Notes under the pieces: generated by a model
Seen by the model: the letters and a program-made list of their open reading frames with translations, nothing else
Databases searched by the model: none
Told to the model about the DNA's origin: nothing
Program-made: the position numbers and the translations under genes
Assembly: GCA_964016885.1 (NCBI GenBank)
Contig: OZ024747.1
Location: 58,342,001-58,406,000 of the forward strand
DNA: 64,000 nt
Direction of reading: 5' to 3'
DNA from: Eledone cirrhosa
Taxonomy: Eukaryota
Shown here: positions 12,928 through 27,103 of the stretch, piece by piece
How the letters are laid out: each line of letters starts with the position of its first letter
Numbering within the stretch: the first letter of the stretch is position 1

Positions 12928-13489
12928 GACACCTGGAATATAGCTTAAGAGAAACTTGAAGATAATGATATGATAGGCACTCAATATTTTGACTGATCTA
13001 TAGAATTCTCTAGACCTTTGTCACTCTAAGTAGAATATTATAGAATTAGCTTTTAAAGAGTTTCCCTTTTCTTTAAATCCATCAACCATGACCGACCCCC
13101 AACGATCTTATAGACACCTGAAATATAAGCATTGTAGGCTTAAGAGAAACTTAAAAGTAAGGAGTGGCACCTCATTCTGAACTTGTTTATAGAATTCTTT
13201 CTACCTTTGTTACTCTAAATATAAATTATAGCTTTAAAGAATTAGCTTTTAATGAATTGCCTTTTCTATCAACCAATGACCTCTACCCATCCCACTCCTC
13301 ACCCTCTCCTACCACCCAAAGAGACCTATAAATAGCATATTTATTTTTTGATACCCAGATTCCTGATGATTTCTAAAGAATGAAACAGTTCTAGTCCTGT
13401 AGAATCTCATCTATATTATCACTTTTATACTCTGCTATGTATTGAGTACCTTACTTACTGTGGTTACCTCCGATTCAACCCGGAATAAC

Positions 13490-13492
<3 letters not shown>
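12928..13492 (+). mobile_element. HHR-bearing PLE pseudo-LTR/3' end, family A, with an internal diverged ~185-bp tandem duplication
   Basis: HHR at 13357-13407; 3' end homologous to 31946-32060 and 54679-54780; ends in (TA)n. Confidence 0.75.
13357..13407 (+). ncRNA. Type I hammerhead ribozyme
   Basis: agattc-CTGATGA-t.ttc(taaa)gaa.t-GAAA-cag(ttctagtc)ctg-TA-gaatct; cleavage after GUA (13401). Confidence 0.85.
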
Positions 13493-13529
<37 letters not shown>

Positions 13530-13531
<2 letters not shown>

Positions 13532-13980
13532 TAAAGCATGTCTATAGAATCAGCGGATAAAATATATACCGTTTCCTCTCCCAATTAGCATAATTAACCA
13601 TATAAAAAATCGATTAGACCAAGCTATAAGAATAAAGGCTTCTATGAAGAAATCTCCGACAAATAACCGAAAGCAGCCCTTCGCGGCGGTTGCGACGGAG
13701 TATTCATCGAGTATTTCGACAGCGTGTATAAATCGACCAGATATACGGTCAACTAAACAGAATTAGGTGTAAAATAAACTAGGAGAAAAGTGAACATATT
13801 TAGTTACCTCTACCATGGTTTCGTCCGCATTTTAAGATATCCGATAACATTGGACATCTGGAGTACCGCACTCTTTAGGAGTTAGCTCAAATTTAGACAA
13901 TTAATTTTCTAGAGTGATCGCGCCAAGAATACATTCAAAAATGGCTAAGAATCGTGACGTAACAGCGGTCAAGTTAGAAA

Positions 13981-13983
<3 letters not shown>
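13530..13983 (-). mobile_element. PLE-end family D copy with degenerate HHR (13808-13863)
   Basis: Homologous to 21660-22130; minus strand ctc-CAGAT-gtcc...ggac-GAAA-ccatgg-TA-gag; (TA)n on both sides. Confidence 0.7.
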
Positions 13984-14028
<45 letters not shown>

Positions 14029-14031
<3 letters not shown>

Positions 14032-14243
14032 TAGTTCCACAAAAGTTAGTTCAACATACCGAGAAGAATTGCTTCACCTTATTCGGATCCTCAGATTTTT
14101 TAGAGCGAGCTGAGGATCCGAATAAGGTGAAATAATTGTTCACGTTACGGTGAATTAACTGTTGTGTAACTACTTCTACCAAAATCGTCCCATGGACTGA
14201 GGGCTCTACTACTACGGATATAATCCACCAATGTTCTACTATT
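14029..14243 (+). mobile_element. Fold-back HHR element, family B (arms ~14029-14094 / 14110-14175)
   Basis: cgag-CTGAGGA-tccgaataaggt-GAAA-taattg-TT-cacg at 14106-14144; homologous to 62166-62314; (TA)n flanks. Confidence 0.78.
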
Positions 14244-14393
14244 ATATATATATATATATATATATATGTAGGAGGTGAGTTTTATTGTAGTACAATAAAG
14301 CAATGCAGATATCGGATAAGAAGCACTCTACAGTTTGTAGGACTGGAGTATACATAATATAAGATCAAAAGATGGTTAAAGGAGTTCCATGTA

Positions 14394-14460
14394 TTTTATT
14401 ATGCGCATTTCAAAAACAAACATCATCAAGCAATAATATTTGTGTTTTCATCAGATAAAA
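14394..14460 (-). ncRNA. Type I hammerhead ribozyme (left arm)
   Basis: Exact reverse complement of 14591-14657. Confidence 0.85.
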
Positions 14461-14590
14461 CAGGAGAACATGATATGAAGGCTAAAAAACACTTGTGGAT
14501 AGTGCAGTTTTAAATCAACATATGTTGATATGTTGATTTAAAACTGCACTATCCACAAGTGTTTTTTAGCCTTCATATCATGTTCTCCTG

Positions 14591-14657
14591 TTTTATCTGA
14601 TGAAAACACAAATATTATTGCTTGATGATGTTTGTTTTTGAAATGCGCATAATAAAA
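14591..14657 (+). ncRNA. Type I hammerhead ribozyme (right arm)
   Basis: ttttat-CTGATGA-aaaca...tgttttt-GAAA-tgcgca-TA-ataaaa; palindromic stem III. Confidence 0.85.
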
Positions 14658-14689
14658 TACATGGAACTCCTTTAACCATCTTTTGATCT

Positions 14690-14805
<116 letters not shown>

Positions 14806-15189
14806 TTTTTGTACTAGTAAAGGATTTATTTGTCGTCCTAAATGGGAGGACAGGCAAAGTTGAGTTCGGCGGGGAATGAACCCAGAGTGTTGTAAACCGA
14901 AACATATAGAAATACCTTGCCAATTCGCGGCCTACTATTCCATAATATAACATGGAAACAGTGTACCTTATTACAAACCACTAACTAACTATATGGAGAA
15001 AATAATTATATTAGATTACTGAACATAATTGCAGTATTTTAGTCGCTGATAGAAATTGATATGAATGCAAATAAGATAGTTCGGTGATCCAATACTTAGA
15101 TAACTATTACTCGATATCAATATAATTAATAGCTAAGTTGACTTATATAGGTACGGGTTTGCATGTGCATGAGTGTGTGCGCACGCATA

Positions 15190-15245
<56 letters not shown>

Positions 15246-15462
15246 TGCGTGTGTTCGTATGTGTATGTGTGCAATATAACGTATTATATGCTGGTATAAT
15301 TAATCTATTATAACATATTTAATATAAAGATTTCCTTTCGGCAGTTGTAATAATAATATTGATAATGATGATAATAATAACAATAATAATAAAGCAAGAT
15401 AAATGCAACTGTAATAATAATAATAATAATAATAATAAAAATAATAAATAATGATAATAATA

Positions 15463-15650
15463 ATTGTTTCTACTATTGGCACAAGGCCAGCAATTACTCA
15501 GTACATTACTGGTACTTTATTTTATCGACCTCGTAAGGATGAAAGGCAAAGTTAACCTTGGCGCGATTTGAACTCAGAATGGCAAGGGCCGTAACTCTAT
15601 GCGTCAAAGCATGGCGTCCGACCCTCTACCAATCCTGCCAGTTCACCGAA
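15463..15650 (-). mobile_element. tRNA-derived SINE, family 1 (Nin/Deu-like central domain)
   Basis: Reverse complement of the consensus at 47787; B box GAGTTCAAATC. Confidence 0.85.
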
Positions 15651-17768
15651 TGATCATAAGCCTAATAATTATGGTAATAATGACGATAACACATGTGGAC
15701 ATAGTTGCATGCAGTGTGTAATTCTCTCCACGACCACCACCACAGCAAACTGAATGAGTTATCAAATTTCAAAGTAATCCCAGTCGAATTCACCAGAAGA
15801 TCCTTTCAAATGGTTGAAACATAAGACAACTCTTTAACTGTGGATAATGAATTATTTTCTTTGTCACTAAGTAAACATCGTTCGCAATGATGGCATACAA
15901 TTATGTGGGATAAGGACAAGAAAATGTTAGTAGCCCTGAGGCTTCCAAAATCTTCTCAAACGTATTAATGTTGTCGATTGTGTGTTTCAGGGCAGCAAAT
16001 TTGCAGAATAGCAATATTTATACCGGGTCTCTACATTCTGAGCTCAAATCCCATGTAAGTCTACTTTGATATTGCTTCTTCATGGGTCAATAAAATAAGT
16101 ACTAGTCATGTAATAGGGCTGATTCAAATTCGCTTATCCCCCCAAATCAACTAGCTTTGTACCTAAATTGGAACGCAATTCTCTCTTCTGTTGTATAAAG
16201 TGCCAATTTGGCATGACTTTATAGACTCATGCATGACTTTATAGACTCTGTATATATATCCTCCTTATATGTATTGATATAGAATTGACGACGAATTGGC
16301 TGAGCCGTTCAGAGATTCAGATTAAATACATCAATATTTGTCTTGACAGTTAGTGATCAAATCCCACCAAGGTCAAATTTATGCTTCCCCTTTTTTAAAA
16401 CTCGATAAATAAAGTATCACTCTGAGCAATAAATTCCTGGGATTGTTGACGTGACAAATTAAAGCACACTGATTTTAAATCCTGCCTTCTGTCTAAATAA
16501 ATATGGTCATGCTTCTAATAGGGTTGGTGCCAGCCGGCAGATATTATCAGTAATGGGCAGAAACATGAAAACATTGTCACCTTGTACTGAAGAGATGATC
16601 GTTTTCTTTTGTTTTTCATTAACGTTGATGCAATACATCGAACAGTCAATAGACTAATCAGAAAAACTTTGCTGTGTGTATTGCTGTCATATTTAAGTTA
16701 TTACCTCACTGCGTTCAATTATTTGATCTTAGATATAATAAATGTGTTATGTCTATAATTATATTTTAAATACTAAGTCACCATATATGCAGATTCTGAC
16801 ATATACTCTTATTGAGTCTACTTCTAAGGAAATACATTCTTTTGCATGAAGAGAACTGTCAATACAGTCCTGATATTTATCTCATTCACACCACCGAGCT
16901 TTCAAATCTTTCATATGCAATGGCAGTTTGCATTTTGTGACAGCTGTTTTGTATACAGTTTTATCTATATTGAGGTTTTGCTCGGACGATTCTCATTTAT
17001 CATATGCTACATATCTGTATAGAACAGTTAGCTTTCAACTTCCATCCAATTTTGTCCATATCTTGCTGTGATTTACTATCTCTTATGATTCATTGTTGTT
17101 ATTGTTAGTGTTACTTTCAGAAAGTTATTTCTTTATCGCGAGGGTTTATTCTGTCAAATAAAACTGGTTTTCGAATATTAATATTAAATTGAAGTATATA
17201 ACTTATATTAGAACACGTCTGAGGAATTGCCAACTTGCTTAGCGAACTTATTCAAAGGCAGCTCAATAAATTTTAATTTCATACTAATCTCACTGTTTCT
17301 TTACCCATACTTGTCTAAGATTTAATTGCATTCTGTCATTTTCTGATATCCAAATATAGATTATATATGATATCTACTTATATAGTAAAGCTATGGAAAG
17401 ATAGATATAACATTTTTGATGTAATAAATCAATAGACAGCATGCTATAATACCAGTGACTGTATTTGGAAATAACACCTCAGATAGGTAAATATATATAA
17501 TCTATACTGATTTGGAGTGCTACAATATTGGCAGATTGTGAAACGAAAATATATGTTTGTGTTCAAATCTCACTATTAACACTCATAGAATATAGTTTTC
17601 ATTTTAAATCAAGTAAAGATAGTATATTAACGATATATAAGCGTAGGCTGTTAACGATCCATATTAATCAAGCATTTACTTCAAATGCTGGGTGAAATAA
17701 TGCCTGATGTTGCCAGTTTCCATTTTACTATGCTATGAAGCATGTACATATGTTTATATATATATATA

Positions 17769-18430
17769 CAGGGCATCTCAGAGGTTTGAGGACGTTTGCA
17801 TAAATTTTGAAAAAGACGCATAGCACCTCAAATAAATGCTATATTTAGATACAAATTGGTACAAATTCTATTTACAATACATCTATGCTATCTAGTAAAC
17901 GAATTCTCCGTTAGCTTCAAGGCCTACTTCAATACGGGGTCTGAAGCGTTGACATGCTGGAACCAGATGAGTTCAATCAATACTGGACATTATGCCGCTA
18001 ATGGTGGACTTGTGAGATTCCATACTGTTGTGAGGGTGATTATTGGCCTCTCTTTCAACTACGCCCCATAGGTAATAATCCACGTTATTGAGGTCTGGTG
18101 AGTTAGGAGGCCATGTTTTTGGAAGAACGAGGTCATGGAGATTGTCACGCATTGAAGCTAAGCTTGGGTCGTTCTGGCCTTATGAGAATGTGCGGTGTCT
18201 TGTTGGGAGAAAACTGGTCTTCCGATGCTTACCCTGTCTATCCAAAGAGTCACAGTTGTCTCCAACTGTTCTTTGTAGACAACACCGTTGACGCGTAAGA
18301 CCTGGCGACACCCAGAACCATGACAGACATTAGCGTGCATAACCATTGGAACCTCATTGCGATCCCTGCATAGCCATTTATCGTTCCGTTGGTTTACCAT
18401 TTGGCTCTGGTCAGATGCAGATGATATCTG
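17769..18430 (-). mobile_element. Tc1/mariner-superfamily (maT/DD37D-like) transposase remnant
   Basis: VNQRNDKWL, FSQQDTAHSHKARTTQA, WPPNSPDLNNVDYYLWGVVE, CQRFRPRIEVGLEANG; begins TA|CAGGG. Confidence 0.85.
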
Positions 18431-19027
18431 GACAATGTTAATGATTAAAATATGGGAATTGTTGAAATATGCATGCAAAAAAATATATATAAGCCAGATG
18501 AATATGTTCCAGCAAAAGTGTTATCGTGTAGAGTACACTTGTTTAATTTATTAACTATATCCATAGATTTATTTATTGACTGATCGTATGAATGGTGTAG
18601 ATAACTATTATTTTATACTACAGATAATTATCCCCCAACCAAAGCGCACATATATATAGGTGAACGGCATCATTTCAGAGTCTTAATGTTCTTGTCGAGA
18701 GAAGAAGCGATCTTATACGAGATCACTTGATGTACTGTAAATAGCAGACAAAGTACTCTCACAATATAGATTAATAATCAGATCTTCCACTTTAGCTTTT
18801 ACCTCTCTCTGTGATGTACGATCTGCCACAAAGAGATTTTCGACTAATCTGATCTCAATTTCCGACGCTGCAAAGGAATGAGAAACAATGCTTGTTAAGT
18901 ATTTTCATATCCATTTTATTTCATTTAGTTTACCCACTAATGTATATTTCTACCAGTTTCTCAGGTCTGTGTATTTTTAATTATCTCCTCAACGGTCGTA
19001 AAACCTAGCAAAAAGAAGAATAAAATA

Positions 19028-19218
19028 ATTGTTTCTAATGTTGGCACAAAGCCCGCAATGATCCCAGTGCAATACTGGCACTTTAGTTTATCGAACCCGT
19101 AAGGATGTAAGGCAAAGCTAACCTCGGCGGGATTTGAAGTCATACCGTAAAGGGGCATGACTCTATGATGCAAAGCATGGTGTCAGACATTCTGCCGATA
19201 CTGCCAATCCACCGCCCT
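19028..19218 (-). mobile_element. SINE family 1
   Basis: Matches consensus (aaggcaaag...cctcggcgggatttgaa...ctgccaatccaccgccc). Confidence 0.85.
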
Positions 19219-20399
19219 GGAAATTTTCGGAAACGTTAGAGAAAAGTTTTGTTCATACACATTTAGTACCAAATTTCAGAATTTAGCATGGTTGCTACAT
19301 AGTGTATGTATGAAAAATATTTTGTAGAACTAAGTTCCCAAAGATAAAATCAGGATGTGAAGTATTACGATAAATAAGAAAATCAACACAATTTCCGTTT
19401 CTCGCTTACGAAAACGCGTGGGTTGTTTAAAAACTTTCCTACTGAATCAAATATTCGTAAATGATATTAAATGTACAGATGCTATCTACGATTGAGTGTC
19501 GTTTGCTGTTTATAGAATTATGTACACTTTTAGATTTGATTTTTGGCGTAAAAGAAGCATCGGAACTTTTTCTTTACCTTTACATTTCCTTTTCAGTATT
19601 GGAAATGATTCATCTTTTTCGCAATGCCAACAACAACAAAACTAACCCAAACTTTATTTTGAAAATGTCTAGTAAATTTAGTCCGAGATAAGATAATTAT
19701 TGACAGTGCTATGGTGAAATGAAGAAAGCAAAATTAAGAAGTTTAAGCAACGGATATTGGTAAATTTAGCAAGCGGTTTAGAGAAAATTTATTTCATCCT
19801 ATTCAGCTGGAATTTATCATCAATCAACAGGAAAGAAAGTAGTGATCTATTTAAAGAATTTCTTATATTAACAGATTTTAAAACGATCGATTAAATGGTA
19901 AAAAGTACATAGCAACAACTTAATAGGTAACATAAAACTTACCAATTTAGTTTGCTCCAGAATTTAATCTGGAAATATTTTTCTTTGATTCTGTTGATGT
20001 TATGTTATGTTTCCAAAATGAAATTTGGAGGATACTGAGTAAATTATTTGAAAGCGCAGATGTACGAAATGCGAGAAATACGGAAATGATGTAAAATGTG
20101 AATTTGTAGTTATATATGTTGCCGGGGTTTTTATTGTTCTGGTAGTAGCATTAGTTATTGTCGTAAGATGGGGGAATGGTAGAATCATTCAAGCGTCAAA
20201 TAAAATGGTCTACTGTTTGTATTTAGTCATGGGCATTTACGTTCTGCGTTCGATTTCTGCGAAGATCAATATTGCCGTTTTCGTTCCGATGTATATGAAA
20301 TAGAAATACAATTTTAGTTTCAGATCGATATAATCGAATAGATCCGATTCCAAAATTTAACTTTCAGTACCTAAGATTATCTAAAACAAAGTCTGAAGT

Positions 20400-20675
20400 C
20401 TGTCTCGAGCTCGGTGTCTCATCAGACCGGTGTTTATCCCACTTTCCGTGACATGAAGTGACTGGGAGTGCAAGACTCCTCCCTCGACAGGATGGCTGTC
20501 CACCACAGGGTTTAACACCCAGCTATTTATTATACTAATTTTCAGCTGAGTATATTGGAGAAAAGGGAAAGGAAATGTTCTGCTCAAGAACGCAACACGC
20601 AACCGAGCCCAGGAGTCGAACCCACGACGTTATGATTGGATGTCTATCTTCCGTACGGCTAGGACACGCGCCTCC
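20400..20675 (-). mobile_element. tRNA-derived CORE-like SINE, family 2
   Basis: tgctcaagaacgcaac CORE-like segment; minus-strand B box GGTTCGACTCC. Confidence 0.65.
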
Positions 20676-21481
20676 TTTCTCACATAGAAACCATTATTAA
20701 TACAAGCTTCATCCACTGCCAGCCTCCACTTTATGAAGGTTTCAAGATTATATGGTGATAATGATAATGATGATGATGATGATGATGATGTGATGTCTTA
20801 TCCATACACTGTATTAGTTGCAGATGTTGAAGTGGTGTGAAGAGACATACTATTTTCTTTAACTGAAGTCATTAGTCTAAATTAGATGCTTTGCATTCGA
20901 AATATTTCCAGGTGGATTGATGTCTGCTTAATTGCGATATGGTCTGCGAAACCTGTTCCATAGAATTTTAGAACAATGACCAGCAATATTGGATTTTGTT
21001 TTCAGAATTGATTATGTTCCGCCGAACAGCTGTGTATGGAAAATTCCATGTTATGAAGTATAGTGATATCTCACAATCTCTTCTTCTGCTAATAACAATG
21101 GACAGATTTTGTGATTATGTGTGAAGATGTACAAACATCTGGATGGGTCTAGGACGCACACAAATATATATATATACATACAGACATACAAAAAGATATA
21201 TATATATCGTATATTCGTGCATATACACACTAAATACCACCCATGCTACAATAATGTTACTGCTAATTAATTTTAGCCAGTAAAAGGACCATCACTAACT
21301 GCAAAAACCATATGGACGTTAGTTTATTCACGTCTCAGTATCGAGTGAAAAAATGTCACTGAGGAAATATACAAACCCCAAAACAACAGTCTGATATTCA
21401 CATATGCTACTGAAATAGCTATGACATGATCAACATTTAAAACGGTGATAGGGAAACGTTTCTATGTTTATTATGCATAAC

Positions 21482-21545
<64 letters not shown>

Positions 21546-21559
21546 TTGATATATATATA

Positions 21560-22130
21560 GAGATTTGATAATCTCCCATAAGGTTGGGATGCAATTTGGG
21601 CAATATTGGGCTACGCTTTCTAGCAACCAGCCCACTCGCCGTAAGGCACCAATCGCATTATTTCTGACTTGACCACTGCCACGTCACAGTTCTTAGCCAT
21701 GTTGAATTCGTTTCTGGCGGGGGATCATTTAAGAAAAATCTTTGTCCAGGTGAGTTTGTTTCCTGATGAGTTCGAAGCTTGAGAATTTATCCATGAAAGG
21801 ATATTTCCGAAAGCGAACGAAACCCTATGGTAGAAACGCAATCCTGGTATGTGTATATGCATTTTTTCTTCTAACTTTAATTTTATACCTAATTGTGTAT
21901 GGTTGACGGTATATTTAATCGATTTCCACGTGCTATTGAAATGTTGGGTAAATATTATATAGCGGTTGATCGCGAATAGATGGCTGTCGTTTATTTATCT
22001 ACTATTTATTGATAGGTGCCTTTCAATCTTATAGCCTGGTTTAATTGTTTTTTTGTGTTTGATTATGCTAATTGGGAGAGGAAATGGCGTATATATATTA
22101 TCAAATGATTCTATGGACATACTTTATAGT
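21560..22130 (+). mobile_element. HHR-bearing PLE end, family D
   Basis: HHR at 21758-21837; homologous to 13530-13983; TA-rich tracts on both sides. Confidence 0.78.
21758..21837 (+). ncRNA. Type I hammerhead ribozyme with extended stem II
   Basis: gtttc-CTGATGA-gttcg...cgaac-GAAA-cc(ctat)gg-TA-gaaac; canonical core, GUA site. Confidence 0.9.
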
Positions 22131-22537
22131 ATATATATATATAGTAATAATAATAAATGTGAAGACAAATCTAAATTCAGAAGATCCCGTTAAGGGTGAA
22201 AGCAGCTTAAACTTTAATCTGTTATTTTAATATATGTATATATATATATGGTGCCCCAGCATGGCCTCAGCCGGATGGCTGGAACAGGTAAAAGGGTAAA
22301 AGAGTAATATGTATGTATATATGTATGTATAAATGTATGTATGTGTATGTGTATGAATGTATGTGGTGTTCGAATATGTGTAGGTGTTTATATAGTTGCG
22401 TGAAAGAAACTGAGAAACTTTTAAATGTTCCTCGTGAACCTGTTATTTAAATTATTCTATTAAATCGTGTTAAATGTATTCTTATTATTCTTATTGATGG
22501 TATCATATTTAAGAACTAAATATGAATCGAATATTAT

Positions 22538-22716
22538 GGATTGGCAGTGGCAGTAGAGGGTCGGACGCCCTGCATTCCAGCATAGTTACGTCCCTTTACG
22601 ATCTGAGTTCAAATCCCGCCGAGGTTGACTTTGCCTTTCATCCTTACGGGGTCGATAAAATAAAGTACCAGTAATGCACTGGGTATTTGCTGGCCTTGTG
22701 CCTAAAGTAGAGACAA
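22538..22716 (+). mobile_element. SINE family 1
   Basis: Near-identical to 47793-47972. Confidence 0.9.
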
Positions 22717-23234
22717 ATAATATTAATAATATCATTATCATATTTTCATTATTCAATATAAATCGCAAGTATCTATTGATATCATTGTTATATACGAAGA
22801 TGAGGCGTGGCTGAGCAGGAGATGAAATAGCGAACTATCATATGAATTGATAGTGCTGGATTCAATGACATTGGATCAGAAGTGTTGTCAGAGTGGTTGA
22901 TCCGTATAAGTACTTGAGCAGTGTATGAAAATACACCAGAGCAGTTCGATGGCAAGGATACCGAATAAACTGATAGTGCGTTAAAAGGATGGGCCAGCGG
23001 TGGGTCATATCACGGTGGCTAAATAGAGTAGTTAGAGCGACGGTTAAAGGGGCGCGGGATTAGGAATAGTGTTCGAGCGGTGGATCAGAACGATTGTTAG
23101 ATTGGCGGATCAAATTATTTACAGATTAATTACGTTGATTTACGTACAAAGTTCTATTCCAGCTTAATTGAATTATGTTTCAACATACCAATCTCAGTAT
23201 TTATTGGTCTAATCTAATCTAATCTAATCTGGCC

Positions 23235-23640
23235 GAGTTTACACTCGCAAATAAGAAGAACCAGGGCCACCCCTAGAAGCATTGGATTTGGTGCACTTCA
23301 TATTTGTTTCGGTTGCTGAATACAATCACGGGTCACTGCTTCACCTGGCTGTCAATAGTTCTCTTCTAACTCGAGGGGGAGCTCCTTCTCATTGTCAATT
23401 TGCATTGATCATCTGCAAAGCCACATTGTTCTCAGAACCACTACACCAGTCTTTTGATGGGTGCAGATGGAACTAGTGCACCCATTGATTTGGCAGGATC
23501 ACAACGCATTTCTACAACTGGAGCAACGTGAAATAAAGTGACTTGCTCAAGGACACGACACATCAGCCCGTCTGAGAATCCATCTCACAACCTTTCGATT
23601 TCTAGCCCAATGCTCTAACCACTAAGCCATGCGCCTTCAC
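23235..23640 (-). mobile_element. CORE-like SINE family 2 with (TAGAT)n tail
   Basis: gaaataaagtgacttgctcaaggacac; tRNA-like head ending gccatgcgccttca; (tctaa)n at 23208-23230. Confidence 0.75.
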
Positions 23641-24468
23641 TCTCACTCTATTTATACGTACCAAAATTCATAATGGTGCCTTTTTAGCTAATTAGGATCT
23701 GCACAAACATATTTTGCTTAGTTCCAGTTTTAAACATCAACTAGTACAAGTAATAGTTTATGTACTTTGATCGAACGCTGTAGTAAAGTTTAAAAGGATA
23801 AAGAAATATGATAATATAGATTAGATAATCGGATGATTCGGAGGAGGGGTCTGAAGCAAAGCGGGGAGTGTAGGTAGAATAAGTAGCTCTGTAGGTGATT
23901 GTGGTTTAATACTGTCAGAAAAAGTACAAACATGAGCATCGCAACAAAATAACAGCAACATAAAATAAATGAGTTGGAGATGACTACGATGTAGGGGGCG
24001 ATATCTGTTTCAAAAATGTTATATAATTAAAGCCCGGGTTTGCTTTTCTCAGTGATAAATGGATCGGATCAGTGCTTCGAGCTGAATTGTGAGTTGATAT
24101 CTTAAAATATTGCAATTTAAAACAAATATTACCAAGAGGAAGTAGCAAAAACCTAATGCATAATCCACGCGATAGAATCTTATTTTATAATATGAGGTAG
24201 AATAAATTTAATTATTATTATAATGTATTTTCACAACATTGATCTCTCTCAGTGTTCGTCTTCCGTTCATTCAATAAAGTTAGAAAATATTTGTTTAACT
24301 TTTTATCATACTATTTCCTATATTTATGAATTTATATATTTATATTTTATTACAGAATAGGATAGATGGATGCACAATATCAGCATAACGAGTAATTATG
24401 GATCGAAAACACAAAACACGCACGCACTCACAAACATACACACACACACTCACTCACACACACACATA

Positions 24469-24559
<91 letters not shown>

Positions 24560-24646
24560 ACCCACACATACACACACATATATATATATATATATATGCA
24601 TGCGGCAAATGTAAACGGTTTGCATATGTTAGTATAAATGCGTATA

Positions 24647-24698
<52 letters not shown>

Positions 24699-24767
24699 TG
24701 TATATATATATATATATACATACAGTCGTATACACAATCACACATGCATTCATGAATACACACACAA

Positions 24768-24825
<58 letters not shown>

Positions 24826-24828
<3 letters not shown>

Positions 24829-25020
24829 CCAGTAAGACCCCGACGGCTGAGCTGAAGCCGTTTCGACGGGTAATTCTGGACGTCCAGAATTAGCCGTCGA
24901 AACGGCTTGAGCTCAGCCGTCGGGGTCTTACTGGTTCCTATTACCCACTCTACTACCCTAAGTATTGAGTACTTTGGTGCGTTATGGTCCACCTGGTTCC
25001 TTACCACATTTCCTTCGTTA
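24826..25020 (+). mobile_element. Fold-back element, family C: 56-bp arms centred at 24881/24882, carrying the 3' half of an HHR
   Basis: Loop-less palindrome ggac|gtcc; GAAA-cggc(ttgagctca)gccg-TC at 24899-24921; (TA)n flanks. Confidence 0.82.
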
Positions 25021-25544
25021 TATATATATATATATATATATATATAACAGTACTATGCGTTATTGATAATACATTGTGACACAAAGGTTTATAACCATGG
25101 ATGCTGTGATATAAGTAGGTGATAAGTAACTCAATCATTTAGTGTAATAGTGATAACATTTGGTAGAGCGAAGGAGTGATGTACTCTATCCATTTCTGTT
25201 ATCCATAGGCCAGTGCCTAAAGGGTTTCCCGCAAGATGTAGAGCCCTTGTCGTTAAGGAGTACGCTGATCATCTGCCTTCCTACGGGAGATTCACACTAC
25301 GTTACACCTTGTGCAAGTATCGCGCACGATAGCTTCGGATAGTGAATAAAACTTTGTAGACGAAACTACATCCATACACACGAATATATACACACACCAG
25401 CTACATCCATACACACGAATATATACATACACACATACAGACTCACACACGTACACATATACATATATATGTATATAAATACGTATTTTTATATGCGTGT
25501 GTGAGAGAAGCAGAAATTAATGCATCTGTCTTATGGTGAAATTA

Positions 25545-25770
25545 ACGCCTAGAGGGCCTGAGCATTCCACAGACACGTGGAGACTTAACATAGTTCTCAA
25601 GGTGGTACAGCGTGTCACAGAGTGATAGGAGGTTGCATCCTTGAATTACAGTCATAACTCATCTTTTCCAGCTGAGTGGAATGGAACAATTTGAAATTAA
25701 GTGTCTTGCTCAAGGACACGGCTTGCGGTTTGGTAATGGTATCGTCGTGAGCCGAATAACCAAACAATTT
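25545..25770 (-). mobile_element. CORE-like SINE family 2
   Basis: gaaattaagtgtcttgctcaaggacac. Confidence 0.65.
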
Positions 25771-25793
25771 TATCACGAGCATTCATTATGTAT

Positions 25794-25981
25794 AATTGTT
25801 TCTACTTTTAGCACAAGGCCAGCAAATACCCAGTACATTACTAGTACTTTATTTTATCGACCCTGTAAGAATGAAAGGCAATGTTTACCTCGACGGGATT
25901 TGAACTCAGGCCGTAAAGGGACGTAACTATGCTGGAAAGTATGGCGTCCGACCCTCTACCGATACTGACAATTCACAGCCT
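25794..25981 (-). mobile_element. SINE family 1
   Basis: Matches consensus. Confidence 0.88.
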
Positions 25982-27007
25982 TGTATAATACAAATTATAT
26001 AACACCTTAATATTCAAAATATATAACATTATATTATTTTAATAACATTATGTTATGATAGAATTATGAATTTAAAATGCATCTGAAGGTTTTAAACGTG
26101 ACAAGTTTTGGCTATGATTCAATACGTACAGCCCACCGCATTGGGTTTTCCAGCTTATACACCAACGAATCTATGCTAAACTATCAATTCTGCCATATAT
26201 ATATACACATAGTTTGCAAGGCAATTAGTGGATCTCGAACTAGTGCTCAAGCTGCTAAATATATCAACCAAATCTTCCTTAAACCATACTCTACAGACTT
26301 ACAGCAATGTGATGAATGAGGTACACAAAGGCACATATCTAAATTGAAGGTGCCATGTTTAACATTGAATCAGATTTGATCATTATTTTCTTTAGACAAG
26401 ACTCACATGCGTCTAAACATTAGCGATAACAAAATTACACAGACATCTGCACATTCTAACGTATGTTGGAACAATATCGGTTACGACGATAAGTGTTTCA
26501 GTTGTACAATCAGTGGAAAAGCATTTCATGTCAAATTAACGTGCATGTGACTGAGCATTCTACATATACGTTCAACATTAATGTAGTCCTCAATGACATA
26601 CAGCGTTTGACGTGGATGGTCCTATGAATGACAGTAACTTGTCGTTTTCCCAGGACAAAATACAAAAATGAATGTACACATACATAAAACACATATGGTT
26701 CCCACATGGGCATGAATATTCAGATTGATTTAAAATTTAAAAAAATGGAGTTATATGGCGTTGATGAGTTGACAATGTGTTTGTTAATGCTAAGACTAAT
26801 GCATGAAATATCTAATGCTGCATTGACCAAAGGTCATCTATTATAGGCTTTCAAATACAGCTGGTACTAATAACAACGGAATAGATTTCAAAATGGAATT
26901 CTGTTAATTTATTCAACTTCACCCATAAAAATAGTCAGACTCAAACCGTCGTAGATACGGACATATATCCATATATACGAATATATACACACGACATACA
27001 CAGGCAC

Positions 27008-27103
<96 letters not shown>

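Noticed and set aside
22840-23120. Loosely periodic purine-rich segment (gtggatcag/atagtg motifs)
   Set aside because: Probably an old decayed minisatellite; period and function not definable by eye.
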